This document shows, piece after piece, positions 10,428-19,656 of a DNA stretch of 64,000 bases; the stretch's first letter is position 1; every line of letters starts with the position of its first letter. The DNA is from an uncultured Candidatus Saccharibacteria bacterium. GTDB taxonomy: Bacteria; Patescibacteriota; Saccharimonadia; Saccharimonadales; 2-12-FULL-41-12. The notes below the pieces were generated by a model that saw only the letters and a program-made list of their open reading frames with translations, made no database searches and was not told where the DNA came from. The stretch is from the NCBI GenBank assembly GCA_964615775.1, contig CAZTQB010000001.1, forward strand, positions 60,599-124,598. Reading direction: 5' to 3'. The position numbers and the translations under genes were made by a program.

Positions 10428-11120
10428 ATGTATTTAAATATTATTCAAATAACTCTACTACTAACAATAATTTTTCTATTGTTTCGTAAGAGTTCAAAAC
10501 ACTTATCCAAAAATAGCCAAAATGTAGTACTTGATACTAGTGTGGTGATAGACGGACGGATTTTGGAGTTAGCAAAGACTAATTTTTTACCTGGTAAATT
10601 AATTATCCCAAAGTTTGTAGTGGCTGAGCTACAACTCATTGCCGATAGTAATGATTCTCATAAACGAGAACGTGCAAGATACGGGCTTGATGTTGTAAGA
10701 CTACTCCAGGAGGAACTTAGTTCACATGTTATTTTGTCCAGCAAAGATTATCCAGGTATTAAAATGACCGATGATAAATTAATTAAGATTGCCAAAGATC
10801 AAAATTGTTACCTATGTACCAACGACTATAATTTAAATAAAGTCGCTTTGGTGGAGGGCTTGAGTGTACTTAATATTAACGAGCTAGCTCAGAGTTTACG
10901 ACCTACTGCTCTTCCTGGTGAAAGACATATTATAAAAATCCTCCAGAAGGGCAGTAACCGCGACCAAGGTGTTGGTTATTTAGATGATGGCACTATGGTA
11001 GTCGTTGGAGGTGCCGGTAATAGTATTGGCAAGAAAATCGAGGTTAATGTAACTAGGATGTTACAAACAGAAGCCGGTAAGATGATTTTTGCCAATAAAA
11101 TCATGCCACCAAAGAAATAA
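10428..11120 (+). CDS. PIN/TRAM-domain protein (YacL-like)
   Basis: N-terminal TM, a PIN-like region (VVLDTSVVIDGRI...) and a C-terminal TRAM-like beta region (KIEVNVTRMLQTEAGKMIFA). It lies immediately downstream of radA, as yacL does in Bacillus. Confidence 0.65.
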   Translation: MYLNIIQITLLLTIIFLLFRKSSKHLSKNSQNVVLDTSVVIDGRILELAKTNFLPGKLIIPKFVVAELQLIADSNDSHKRERARYGLDVVRLLQEELSSHVILSSKDYPGIKMTDDKLIKIAKDQNCYLCTNDYNLNKVALVEGLSVLNINELAQSLRPTALPGERHIIKILQKGSNRDQGVGYLDDGTMVVVGGAGNSIGKKIEVNVTRMLQTEAGKMIFANKIMPPKK

Positions 11121-11150
11121 AATACCCTTAGACTTACTTAAACTATATAT

Positions 11151-14100
11151 TTATTGAACAGTGGTATCTGGCGAGTTACCTGACGAATCACTGCCGTATA
11201 TTTTCTGCCCAACCTGAGCCTGGGATACGGGTACAGAACATGTACCGCTTGGAGTGCTAGGGCAGGATAGCTGAGAAGAAGAGGTTCGGTTAAATATGTT
11301 AACAGTTCCACTGCCACCACTCCAGGTTATTACGGTGTTTCCGGCTACCTTTTTGGCTGTTACTACTAAGCTAGATGTACCGGGGGTAACTGTGACGGTT
11401 GTATCTTGTCCAAAGTCAGCCGAAGTTGTGTCACTTGCGTCGTACAGCACACTATCAACAATTTCGGCAGTTACGCTATGCTGTCCAAAAACAGTTGCTG
11501 TGTAGGTAACTGATGACGGACTGTCAGATACTTGGTAACTTTGTACGGTTTGTCCATCGATTTTTATATTGATGGTACCAGGGAATTTACTGCTGGATAG
11601 TGGATGAGTACCCTGAGAGGCGGTTGCAACGATTTGCTTGCCACTAACGGTTACATTGATGCTTGGCTTAGCATCTTCACACTTGTGAATGTCGTCTTTT
11701 TCTGAAGTACTGGCCGCTGCCGTACCGCCGTGAAATTTATCAGCTGAAAATTGACTAGCTATAGCATTGCCGGCAGTTTGTTTAGCAAGTGGTGGTGTGC
11801 AGTCAGTAGCTAACTTGTTAGAGACCTTATCGATAACTTCGTTAGAGCCTTTAGTTTTTTGCTTAAACCAGGATGGATAAAGATCGTTTGCCGGGCTAGG
11901 TTCGACAGAGCCAACGCCAATGTGAGTTCTAACTACGTAAGATGGCAACGATTTAACGCCAGCCGGTTTTACGCGTTCTTCAGGCTTTAGGTTATCATGA
12001 ACACGACGCATATAATTTTGCCAAATTGGTTGTGTCATATTTTCCATAAAGCCGGACATCTCTTTAGTTCGGTCGTGATAGCCAACCCAGACACCAGCGG
12101 CATATTGGGTAGAAAAGCCCATCATCCAACCGTCTTTTGAATCGTTAGTAGTACCGGTTTTTACAGCAAACTTATGGCCTTTATAACTGTGTGGCTTACT
12201 GGCAAGGTAACTGGCGTTGGGGTCACTCATCATGTCAGCTACGATATATGCAGCCTCGTCGCGAACAGCTTGCTTGCCTTCTGATGGCTTCCATTCTTCG
12301 ACTGTTTTGCCAGAAGCATCCTCAATTTTTAAAATATATGTTTGAGGAATTAGCTTACCATTTCTAGATATAGTGGCATAGCCATGAACATGTTCGTCTA
12401 GTTTCAGGTATGCACCATCACCAATAGCTGATGAGGTGCTACATTCTTTTTCGCTTGTTAACATATCATCGTTATAACATTTGTAGCCCATGCCCTGAAT
12501 ACGGTCGTCGCCGCTATCTTTAAGACCAACTTTTTCGGCGGTTTGGATAGTCTTATCAACGCCGGCAATAGCCATAGCTTTAACAGCCGGCACATTACGT
12601 GAACCACCAATAGCGTAACGTAGCGTAACTGGCCCAGGATAGCGGAAATCGTAATCAAACAAACAGTTTCCGCCGCTTTGAGGTCGATTTTTGTTACTAC
12701 AAGGGTAGCCATCAATCGGCTCTTGGACATCATAAAGTACGCTTCCCGCTCCAAAGCTATCGGTATTCTCGATTACCGATAGATAATCATATGGCTTAAA
12801 GCTAGAGCCTGGTGGCAATTTAGAACGTGCGTAATTATTTTGTCCGTAGACGGGGTTGTTAAAGTCAACTCCACCAACTAATGCAACAACTTGGCCAGTT
12901 TTGACGTCTTCTGAAGCAAAACCGATTGAGTCACCGCCTTGACGCTGAACTTGACGTAAACCTTTTTGGACCTCCTCTTCGGCAATTTTTTGTTTATCCA
13001 TATCTAGAGTAGTTGTGATTTTAAGTCCGCCTAGCGACACGGCATTAGCTCCACGCATTTGAGTTAGTTTTTCTTTGGCAGTTAGGACAAAGTATGGAGC
13101 CTGTATACCATCATATTTTGGTTTACGAGGCTTAATTTTAGCCAAAGTGTCAACTTTTTTGGCCTCATCGCGTTCTTTCTCGGTAATTTTACCTTGCTGG
13201 GCCATCAAATCTAGTACATATTTTTGTCGATTTAGTAGCATATCTTTTTTAAAGTTGGCACCGTACGGCGAATAGATGGTTGGAGACTTTGGGATTGCCG
13301 CTAAAAATGCAGCCTCGTCAAGTGTTATTTGGCTTGACGGCTTATTAAAGTAGTCTTGCATAGCAGCTTCGACGCCATAAGTAATGTCGCTGTACGGGGC
13401 AGTGTCTAGATAGCCAGACAAAATCTCTTTCTTAGAGTATGTTCTCTCTAATTCAACTGCTAAGATTAACTCCTTAACTTTACGGGTGTAAGTTTGATCC
13501 TTAGTCCAATTTTGAGTTAGCTTAACTAACTGCTGCGTAATAGTTGAACCCCCTTGAGTTCCGCTGCCTTTTCCTAGTAAGTTACTACTTCCAGCTCTAA
13601 TAATTCCTTTCATGTCAAAACCACCATGATTGTAAAAGTTTTGATCCTCAATTGCGACAGTTGCTTCCATTACGTCTTGAGACACATCTTTACCCTGAAC
13701 AGGGTTACGTTTAACGGCGTCATAATCTTCCCAGAGCTTTATTTTCCCCGTGCGGTCATAATAAGTAATAGAGCCACCAATGTTGTTGCCAGAAATATCA
13801 CGTAAATTTGGTAAATCTTTGCGGAAATAAGCAAAAACGCCGACAATCAGCAAAAAAACTGCCAATATACCGACTCCGGCCAATTTAAGGGCCATTATGC
13901 CGCCCTTACGACTGAACCAGTATTGAGCAACTCTCTTGGGGTGCATGCGATAAATTGTGCGTTTGATGCGTCCTGGAGGCAAAGTAGCTAGATATGCCGC
14001 TTTTGCTCGAAGTCTCTCGTCGCGCTTAGCTTTCATACGTCCGTTTAAGGTGCGATTTAGCTTGATTTTGTTACCACTTTTAGTAACGTGGTGCGAACGA

Positions 14101-14156
14101 CTTTGAGTGTATAAACCAGATGATTTACCCTTAAATTTATTAAAAAAATTCTTCAT
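11151..14156 (-). CDS. Class A penicillin-binding protein (bifunctional transglycosylase/transpeptidase) with long C-terminal extension
   Basis: GT51 motifs (GGSTITQQLVK, RKVKELILAVELE), transpeptidase SxxK (GSSFKP) and KTG (KTGTTND), and an N-terminal TM. The C-terminal ~300 aa are S/T/G-rich beta-repeat-like. Confidence 0.9.
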   Translation of the reverse strand: MKNFFNKFKGKSSGLYTQSRSHHVTKSGNKIKLNRTLNGRMKAKRDERLRAKAAYLATLPPGRIKRTIYRMHPKRVAQYWFSRKGGIMALKLAGVGILAVFLLIVGVFAYFRKDLPNLRDISGNNIGGSITYYDRTGKIKLWEDYDAVKRNPVQGKDVSQDVMEATVAIEDQNFYNHGGFDMKGIIRAGSSNLLGKGSGTQGGSTITQQLVKLTQNWTKDQTYTRKVKELILAVELERTYSKKEILSGYLDTAPYSDITYGVEAAMQDYFNKPSSQITLDEAAFLAAIPKSPTIYSPYGANFKKDMLLNRQKYVLDLMAQQGKITEKERDEAKKVDTLAKIKPRKPKYDGIQAPYFVLTAKEKLTQMRGANAVSLGGLKITTTLDMDKQKIAEEEVQKGLRQVQRQGGDSIGFASEDVKTGQVVALVGGVDFNNPVYGQNNYARSKLPPGSSFKPYDYLSVIENTDSFGAGSVLYDVQEPIDGYPCSNKNRPQSGGNCLFDYDFRYPGPVTLRYAIGGSRNVPAVKAMAIAGVDKTIQTAEKVGLKDSGDDRIQGMGYKCYNDDMLTSEKECSTSSAIGDGAYLKLDEHVHGYATISRNGKLIPQTYILKIEDASGKTVEEWKPSEGKQAVRDEAAYIVADMMSDPNASYLASKPHSYKGHKFAVKTGTTNDSKDGWMMGFSTQYAAGVWVGYHDRTKEMSGFMENMTQPIWQNYMRRVHDNLKPEERVKPAGVKSLPSYVVRTHIGVGSVEPSPANDLYPSWFKQKTKGSNEVIDKVSNKLATDCTPPLAKQTAGNAIASQFSADKFHGGTAAASTSEKDDIHKCEDAKPSINVTVSGKQIVATASQGTHPLSSSKFPGTINIKIDGQTVQSYQVSDSPSSVTYTATVFGQHSVTAEIVDSVLYDASDTTSADFGQDTTVTVTPGTSSLVVTAKKVAGNTVITWSGGSGTVNIFNRTSSSQLSCPSTPSGTCSVPVSQAQVGQKIYGSDSSGNSPDTTVQ

Positions 14157-14335
14157 ATAATTAGTTCAAGTGTCTCCTGTAAAATATATATTTTGCCTTG
14201 GTTAATTTTCCTCCGACTATGACTGATTATATCACCCTAAAATATATTTTTCGATAAAAAACATAAATAGAATTGTGATTTTTTATCTAGACCTATAACC
14301 GATCGTATATATTAGGACATGATATACTAAAAAAC

Positions 14336-15559
14336 ATGAAATTATCTGAAGAACTAGCCTGGCGAGGATTTGTAAACCAAACAACTTTCAAAGATATAAC
14401 CGAGCTGGATAAAGGTCCAATTAATTTTTATTTTGGGGTTGATCCGAGTGCTAGCTCAATGACTATTGGCAACCTAGCTTCAGTAATGATGGTACGAAGG
14501 TTTATCTTAGCTGGACACAAGGCTGTATTGTTGGTGGGCGGGGCAACTGGACTAATTGGTGATCCGGACGGCAAAACTAAAGAACGTGATAAAAAATCAC
14601 CAGAAGAAATTTCTGCCAATAAGCAAAAAATAGTTAATGAATACAGGCAACTATTAGATGGTTTAGAGTTTACGGTGGTAGATAATTATGACTGGTTTAA
14701 GAACATCAACTACCTTGACTTCTTAAGAGATATTGGTAGTCGTGTGCCAATGAGACAGATGTTAGGTCGTGATTTTGTCCAGACGCGGTTGAGTGACGAG
14801 GGGCATGGCATATCTTATGCAGAATTTAGCTATGTCTTGATTCAGGCCTATGACTTTCTGCACTTAAATGAGAAATTGGGCGTAACTTTGCAAGTTTGTG
14901 GTGCTGACCAGTGGGGCAACTCGATAGCTGGAGTGGACTTAATTAGGCGTTTTAACGGCAAAGAAGCACATGTTTGGTCACTGCCTTTAGTTATCGACAA
15001 AGCCACTGGTAAAAAATTTGGTAAAAGTGAAGCTGGAGCGATCTGGTTGGATCCTGGGCTAACTTCGCCTTATAAATTTTATCAATTTTGGCTGAATAGT
15101 GGTGATGAGAGTGTAGAGGATTATATCAAAATTTATACTGGGATTGAAAAACATAATTTAGATGATTTGATGAGTACGTTTGAATCTGCTCGACATGAAC
15201 GCAAAGCTCAGAAGTATTTGGCCTACGAGGTTACAAAATTGGTTCATGGTGAAGAAAAAGCAAAAGCCGTTCTGGCCGCTACTGAGGGTTTGTTTGGAGC
15301 TAAACCGTTTTTAGATTTAAGTGAAGAAGCTAGGGAGATTTTGATAAATGAGCTACCAAATATGCCAAGTTCAGGAGACTTGTTGCAAGACTTAGTAGTG
15401 CTGGGTGTGACTAGCTCTAAAAGTCAGGCTCGGACTTTTATAAAAAATGGTGCAATTCAGCTAAATAATCAGAAGATAGACGACGAAAATATCGAGCTTA
15501 AGACTGGGGCTAACTTAGTGAAGCGTGGCAAAAACTCATTTGCGATAATAGTCAAATAA
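14336..15559 (+). CDS. tyrS: Tyrosyl-tRNA synthetase
   Basis: Class I aaRS with a HIGH-region variant (FYFGVDPSASSMTIGNL), a KMSKS variant (KFGKSE) and a C-terminal S4-like domain. Length 407 aa. Confidence 0.9.
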   Translation: MKLSEELAWRGFVNQTTFKDITELDKGPINFYFGVDPSASSMTIGNLASVMMVRRFILAGHKAVLLVGGATGLIGDPDGKTKERDKKSPEEISANKQKIVNEYRQLLDGLEFTVVDNYDWFKNINYLDFLRDIGSRVPMRQMLGRDFVQTRLSDEGHGISYAEFSYVLIQAYDFLHLNEKLGVTLQVCGADQWGNSIAGVDLIRRFNGKEAHVWSLPLVIDKATGKKFGKSEAGAIWLDPGLTSPYKFYQFWLNSGDESVEDYIKIYTGIEKHNLDDLMSTFESARHERKAQKYLAYEVTKLVHGEEKAKAVLAATEGLFGAKPFLDLSEEAREILINELPNMPSSGDLLQDLVVLGVTSSKSQARTFIKNGAIQLNNQKIDDENIELKTGANLVKRGKNSFAIIVK

Positions 15560-15562
15560 CTC

Positions 15563-17602
15563 ATGCCTCCAGATCAACCGCTCGATGAAGTAAAAGGTGT
15601 TGGGCAGCATCTGTTGGCCAAGTTTAAGGTGTTGGGTGTTTCGACATGCCTTGATCTGATTAATTACTACCCGAGACGTTACGACGACTACTCTAATATA
15701 ACGACAATCAGCCGGATTAGACCGGGTGAATTGGCAGTGCTAAAAGGCGTTTTTAAAAATATTTCTGGCAGGTATGTTAGACGTGGCATGCATATTACAG
15801 AGGCGATTTTTTCAGATGACAGTGGTTCCGTGAAAATTGTTTGGTTCAACCAACCATACCGTGAAAAATTTATCGATAAAAAAACCGAGTATTTATTAGC
15901 TGGAAAGTTTGAGTTTAATAAAATGCGACTTAGTATCATCAACCCGACTATCGAGAAAGAAAAGTCGTTTCAGGTGAATGTGGCCAGGATTATCCCGATA
16001 TATCGCGAGACAAAAGGTCTAAAATCAACTCAAATCCGTAAGGTGATTGCTGAACTTCAGCCAATGATAAACAAATTGCCAGAAATTTTGCCAGCCGATA
16101 TCGTGAGCGGCAACCAGTTGATTTCTTATGCTGATGCCATAAGCTGGATTCATTATCCTAAAGATTCTAAGCAACTTGCCTTGGCCAAAAAACGGCTCAG
16201 CTTTGATGAGCTTTTTGTACTTGTTTATGCCTCTCTTTTAAATAAACGGCAATTTTCTAAAGAGTCAGGTGTGGAGATCGAGTTTGATCAAGATCTAGCA
16301 AAAAAGTTTGTCGAGTCGCTGCCTTTTCAGCTAACTAATGCCCAGCGGAAGGTTATTTGGCAAATTTATCAAGATATGCAGAACAAAACACCTATGAATC
16401 GGCTAGTTGAAGGTGATGTTGGTTCTGGTAAGACTTTGGTGGCAGCAATGGCAGCAATTATGGTTATGAAGACTGGCTATCAGGTAGTGCTTATGGCACC
16501 TACTGAGATTCTGGCAAGGCAACATTTTAATAATTTACAGAGACTGTTAAGTAGTATAGATATGAGTCATGAAGTCGGGCTATTGGTTGGCAGCCTTAAA
16601 ACTTCAGAAAAAAGGCAAGTACATGAACAGATAAAACAAAAGCAGATTAATCTGATTGTCGGTACTCACGCATTAATTACCGATTCAGTAATAACTAATA
16701 ATCTAGGCTTGGTGATTATTGATGAGCAGCATCGCTTTGGGGTTGAGCAGCGTAAAAAACTTCAGGCTAAAGCTAAGTTTTTACCACATATACTTAATAT
16801 GACAGCCACGCCGATTCCTCGAACACTGGCCTTGACGGTTTATGGCGAACTTGATGTTTCAGTAATAGATGAGATGCCGCCCGGTCGCCAACCGATTACA
16901 ACTCATGTTGTCTCGCCAAATTCTCGAATGCCAATGTATCAAGTAATAGATAAAGAATTAGCTAGTGGTCGACAAATGTTTGTAGTCTGTCCACTTATCA
17001 CCCAGAGTGACACAGTAAAAGTAGTTTCGGCTGAGGAAGTTTGCGAAAATTTGCGTCGAACTATCCTTGGCAAATATCGGATTGGGCTACTTCATGGTCA
17101 GATGAAACCCGAACAAAAAGATGAGATAATGACAAAATTTATCGAGTCAGAACTAGATATTTTAGTTTCCACCACAGTGGTAGAAGTAGGCGTTGATGTG
17201 CCTAACGCAAGCATTATGATTATTGAGGGAGCTGAGCGTTTTGGCCTGGCTCAACTACATCAGCTTAGGGGGCGGGTTGGGCGTGGTGTGCATGATTCGT
17301 ACTGTTATTTGGTGCCTAGTGATAGCAAGGAGCCGCCACAACGTATTCAAAAGTTAGCTGAAATAAACGATGGTTTTAGATTGGCTGAATTAGACTTAGA
17401 GCTGCGTGGTCCGGGAGCTATTTATGGTGTTGCTCAGTCTGGCCAGCTGGACCTGAGGATTGCAAATATATCCGATACTAAATTAGTGGCTCAAGCTAGG
17501 GCAGCTGCTGCAAAATGTATAGAAAATAAACTTGATCTTAAGAAATACCCCAAACTAAACAAAGAAATCCAACGTACGCGTTCGATTACTAACTTAAACT
17601 AA
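15563..17602 (+). CDS. recG: ATP-dependent DNA helicase RecG
   Basis: N-terminal wedge region, SF2 helicase Walker A (GDVGSGKT), DEQH box (IIDEQHRFGV) and helicase C motifs (HGQMKPEQKD, QLRGRVGRG). Confidence 0.9.
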   Translation: MPPDQPLDEVKGVGQHLLAKFKVLGVSTCLDLINYYPRRYDDYSNITTISRIRPGELAVLKGVFKNISGRYVRRGMHITEAIFSDDSGSVKIVWFNQPYREKFIDKKTEYLLAGKFEFNKMRLSIINPTIEKEKSFQVNVARIIPIYRETKGLKSTQIRKVIAELQPMINKLPEILPADIVSGNQLISYADAISWIHYPKDSKQLALAKKRLSFDELFVLVYASLLNKRQFSKESGVEIEFDQDLAKKFVESLPFQLTNAQRKVIWQIYQDMQNKTPMNRLVEGDVGSGKTLVAAMAAIMVMKTGYQVVLMAPTEILARQHFNNLQRLLSSIDMSHEVGLLVGSLKTSEKRQVHEQIKQKQINLIVGTHALITDSVITNNLGLVIIDEQHRFGVEQRKKLQAKAKFLPHILNMTATPIPRTLALTVYGELDVSVIDEMPPGRQPITTHVVSPNSRMPMYQVIDKELASGRQMFVVCPLITQSDTVKVVSAEEVCENLRRTILGKYRIGLLHGQMKPEQKDEIMTKFIESELDILVSTTVVEVGVDVPNASIMIIEGAERFGLAQLHQLRGRVGRGVHDSYCYLVPSDSKEPPQRIQKLAEINDGFRLAELDLELRGPGAIYGVAQSGQLDLRIANISDTKLVAQARAAAAKCIENKLDLKKYPKLNKEIQRTRSITNLN

Positions 17603-17610
17603 GACTTAAA

Positions 17611-18126
17611 TTATCTAGTGTCGCGGCGGTAAGTTACTCGGTCTAGATCATTATCTCTACCTACTTCAATAAAGCCACATTTCTCGACTAGATTAATGCT
17701 AGCAGCATTGCTGGACTTAATTATGGCATCTATAGCTGGCTCATTGCCGAATTTCGCAAACCAGTCGCAAACATTTTTTACTGCGAGTGTGCCAACGCCA
17801 CGTCTGGTATCTGATGATGATATCCAGTATGCGATTTCAGGATATATACCGAACCTGGATAACCATATATGACCAACCAGTTGAGGCGATTGATTGAACG
17901 TCGACCACACTCCGGCATTCAATAAACAAACTTCGCTCGTTGCCGATCTTTCGATAGTTTGTTTTGCTTGATCTAGAGATCTAAAGGTATCTAGTATGCC
18001 TGGTAAGTACCCTTTTAGATGATCTTGATTTGTTTGCACTAAGGTGTATAAGCTAACCGCATCTTTTTGTTCAAACTGGCGGATAACCAAACCGTTACCT
18101 CTAATTCGTAGGCTTGTTCTTTCCAT
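17611..18126 (-). CDS. GNAT-family N-acetyltransferase (RimJ/RimL-like)
   Basis: 171 aa with an acetyl-CoA binding-like segment (RRGVGTLAVKNVCDWF) and RimJ-like overall architecture. Confidence 0.5.
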   Translation of the reverse strand: MERTSLRIRGNGLVIRQFEQKDAVSLYTLVQTNQDHLKGYLPGILDTFRSLDQAKQTIERSATSEVCLLNAGVWSTFNQSPQLVGHIWLSRFGIYPEIAYWISSSDTRRGVGTLAVKNVCDWFAKFGNEPAIDAIIKSSNAASINLVEKCGFIEVGRDNDLDRVTYRRDTR

Positions 18127-18226
18127 AATAATATTATGTAGAATATCACAAGTTTTTATATATTTACATTGGTGTGGCTGATTAAAGTGCTGGAGATTAA
18201 TTGGATAATTATTTAAACTGTTTAGT

Positions 18227-18760
18227 ATGAGGATTATTGCCGGCAGACTAGGTGGAAGGATATTTGAAAGTCCACATGGTCATCGTACTCACCCCATGAG
18301 TGAAAAAATGCGAGGTGCGATTTTTGGCATTTTGGGTGATGTTAGTGGACTTAGTTTTTTGGACGCATTTTCGGGCAGCGGAGCAGTTGCTCTGGAGGCG
18401 ATTAGTCGCGGTGCAGATAAGGCTGTGGCAGTAGAAGTCGATAAAAAAGCCTACTCGGTGATTGAAAAGAATGTCGAAATGTTAGGTATCGGGGACAAGG
18501 TGAGGGTTGTGCGAGCCTATGTTAATGCCTGGTCAACTCGACATCAATCAGAGCTTTTCGACATAATTGTAGCTGATCCGCCCTATGACGATATCCCTCT
18601 TCGGGATATGAAAATTCTGCCAAGACACCTGAAGACTGATGGTTTGTTGGTATTGTCATTTCCCAAAAAAGCTGACTGGTATCCGTTTGAGGGTTGCGAA
18701 TTGATTCAGTCAAAATCGTACGGAGATAGCACCCTGCATATTTACAAAAATAAAGCATAA
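18227..18760 (+). CDS. rsmD: 16S rRNA (guanine966-N2)-methyltransferase RsmD
   Basis: MRIIAGRLGGRIFESPHGHRTHPMSEKMRGAIFGIL...LDAFSGSGAVALEAISRGA...ADPPY. Classic RsmD N-terminus, SAM motif I and DPPY. Confidence 0.8.
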   Translation: MRIIAGRLGGRIFESPHGHRTHPMSEKMRGAIFGILGDVSGLSFLDAFSGSGAVALEAISRGADKAVAVEVDKKAYSVIEKNVEMLGIGDKVRVVRAYVNAWSTRHQSELFDIIVADPPYDDIPLRDMKILPRHLKTDGLLVLSFPKKADWYPFEGCELIQSKSYGDSTLHIYKNKA

Positions 18761-18798
18761 GCAATTTTATTATCAGCATTTTTTGATAAAATTACAAA

Positions 18799-19359
18799 AT
18801 GCGTAGAAAAAGTGACAACCCAGAGGTGCTCGAAGTACCCGAAGTAAGGATTGGTCTAGATTTTGTCAATCAGAATGAAGGGGCAATATTCATGTGGGCG
18901 TTGAAAAGTAATGTTACATCCGTGATAGAAGAGGTACGAAATCCGTTTTCGATTATGTTGCTTGGTAGAAAGGCTGTGAAAAGCCTAATGGAGCGAGATT
19001 ATCCTCAAGAAGAGGTTTTTGCATATGCTGCACTTTGTGCAGTTAACTTAAGGGGTATAGGAGAATTTAATCTTAACAGACCTCGAGCTGGGGGTAGGGG
19101 CAGTAAACTAATTGTCGCAGGAGTAGCTGAAAAAGAAGTTCGTATAGCTATTAGGGATTCAGTGGGAGAGTTGCACAAAAACTTAGGTCTAGGGTTTGAC
19201 CCCAAAAACGCCGACACCACAAGAATTGCCCTCGCCAAAGCAGGCAGCTCTGGTTTGGCTCATGCTTGTGTACTTGACTTAAATCGCCAAACTCCACCTA
19301 GCTATGGACTTGATGAGCTTTTGGTTGAATTTAGCGGAATGTTTATACCAGAAAAATAA
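18799..19359 (+). CDS. Hypothetical protein
   Basis: 186-aa ORF at the position usually occupied by coaD after rsmD. It is not CoaD-like and no family was recognised. Confidence 0.4.
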   Translation: MRRKSDNPEVLEVPEVRIGLDFVNQNEGAIFMWALKSNVTSVIEEVRNPFSIMLLGRKAVKSLMERDYPQEEVFAYAALCAVNLRGIGEFNLNRPRAGGRGSKLIVAGVAEKEVRIAIRDSVGELHKNLGLGFDPKNADTTRIALAKAGSSGLAHACVLDLNRQTPPSYGLDELLVEFSGMFIPEK

Positions 19360-19411
19360 TTTTTAAAAACAAGTTTGAAATTATATAATGTAATTCATAC
19401 TTAATTCTCGT

Positions 19412-19496
19412 GCGGATGTGGTGGAATTGGTAGACACGCTAGTCTTAGGAACTAGTGCAGCAATGCGTGAAGGTTCAAGTCCTTTCATCCGCACCA
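19412..19496 (+). tRNA. tRNA-Leu (anticodon UAG), class II with long variable arm
   Basis: 85 nt, gcggatg...catccgc acceptor stem, anticodon stem ctagt/actag with loop cTTAGga (anticodon TAG), long variable arm, GGTTCAAGTCC T-arm and a 3' CCA encoded. Confidence 0.85.
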
Positions 19497-19500
19497 ACTA

Positions 19501-19536
19501 AAAAACCCGATTTTTGTCGGGTTTTTTAGTTTTTTA
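19501..19536 (+). terminator. Rho-independent terminator after tRNA-Leu
   Basis: aaaaaCCCGAtttttgTCGGGtttttt: GC stem followed by a T-run. Confidence 0.6.
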
Positions 19537-19656
19537 CACCCCAAGCAAATTATAAAAAAACAATATTGTAAAAAGAGTATATTTAGTGTATAAAGATTGT
19601 ATAAGAGACAAAAATATTAATATATAATTAAAAATATTCATATTTAAGGAGTAAAT

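Noticed and set aside
12458-12754. Several internal/antisense ORFs within pbp, rpoB, rpoC, clpC, fusA and tuf (e.g. 27477..27884-, 31287..31550-, 49597..50088-)
   Set aside because: All lie inside or opposite strongly supported conserved genes, lack RBSs and have atypical composition. Treated as spurious.
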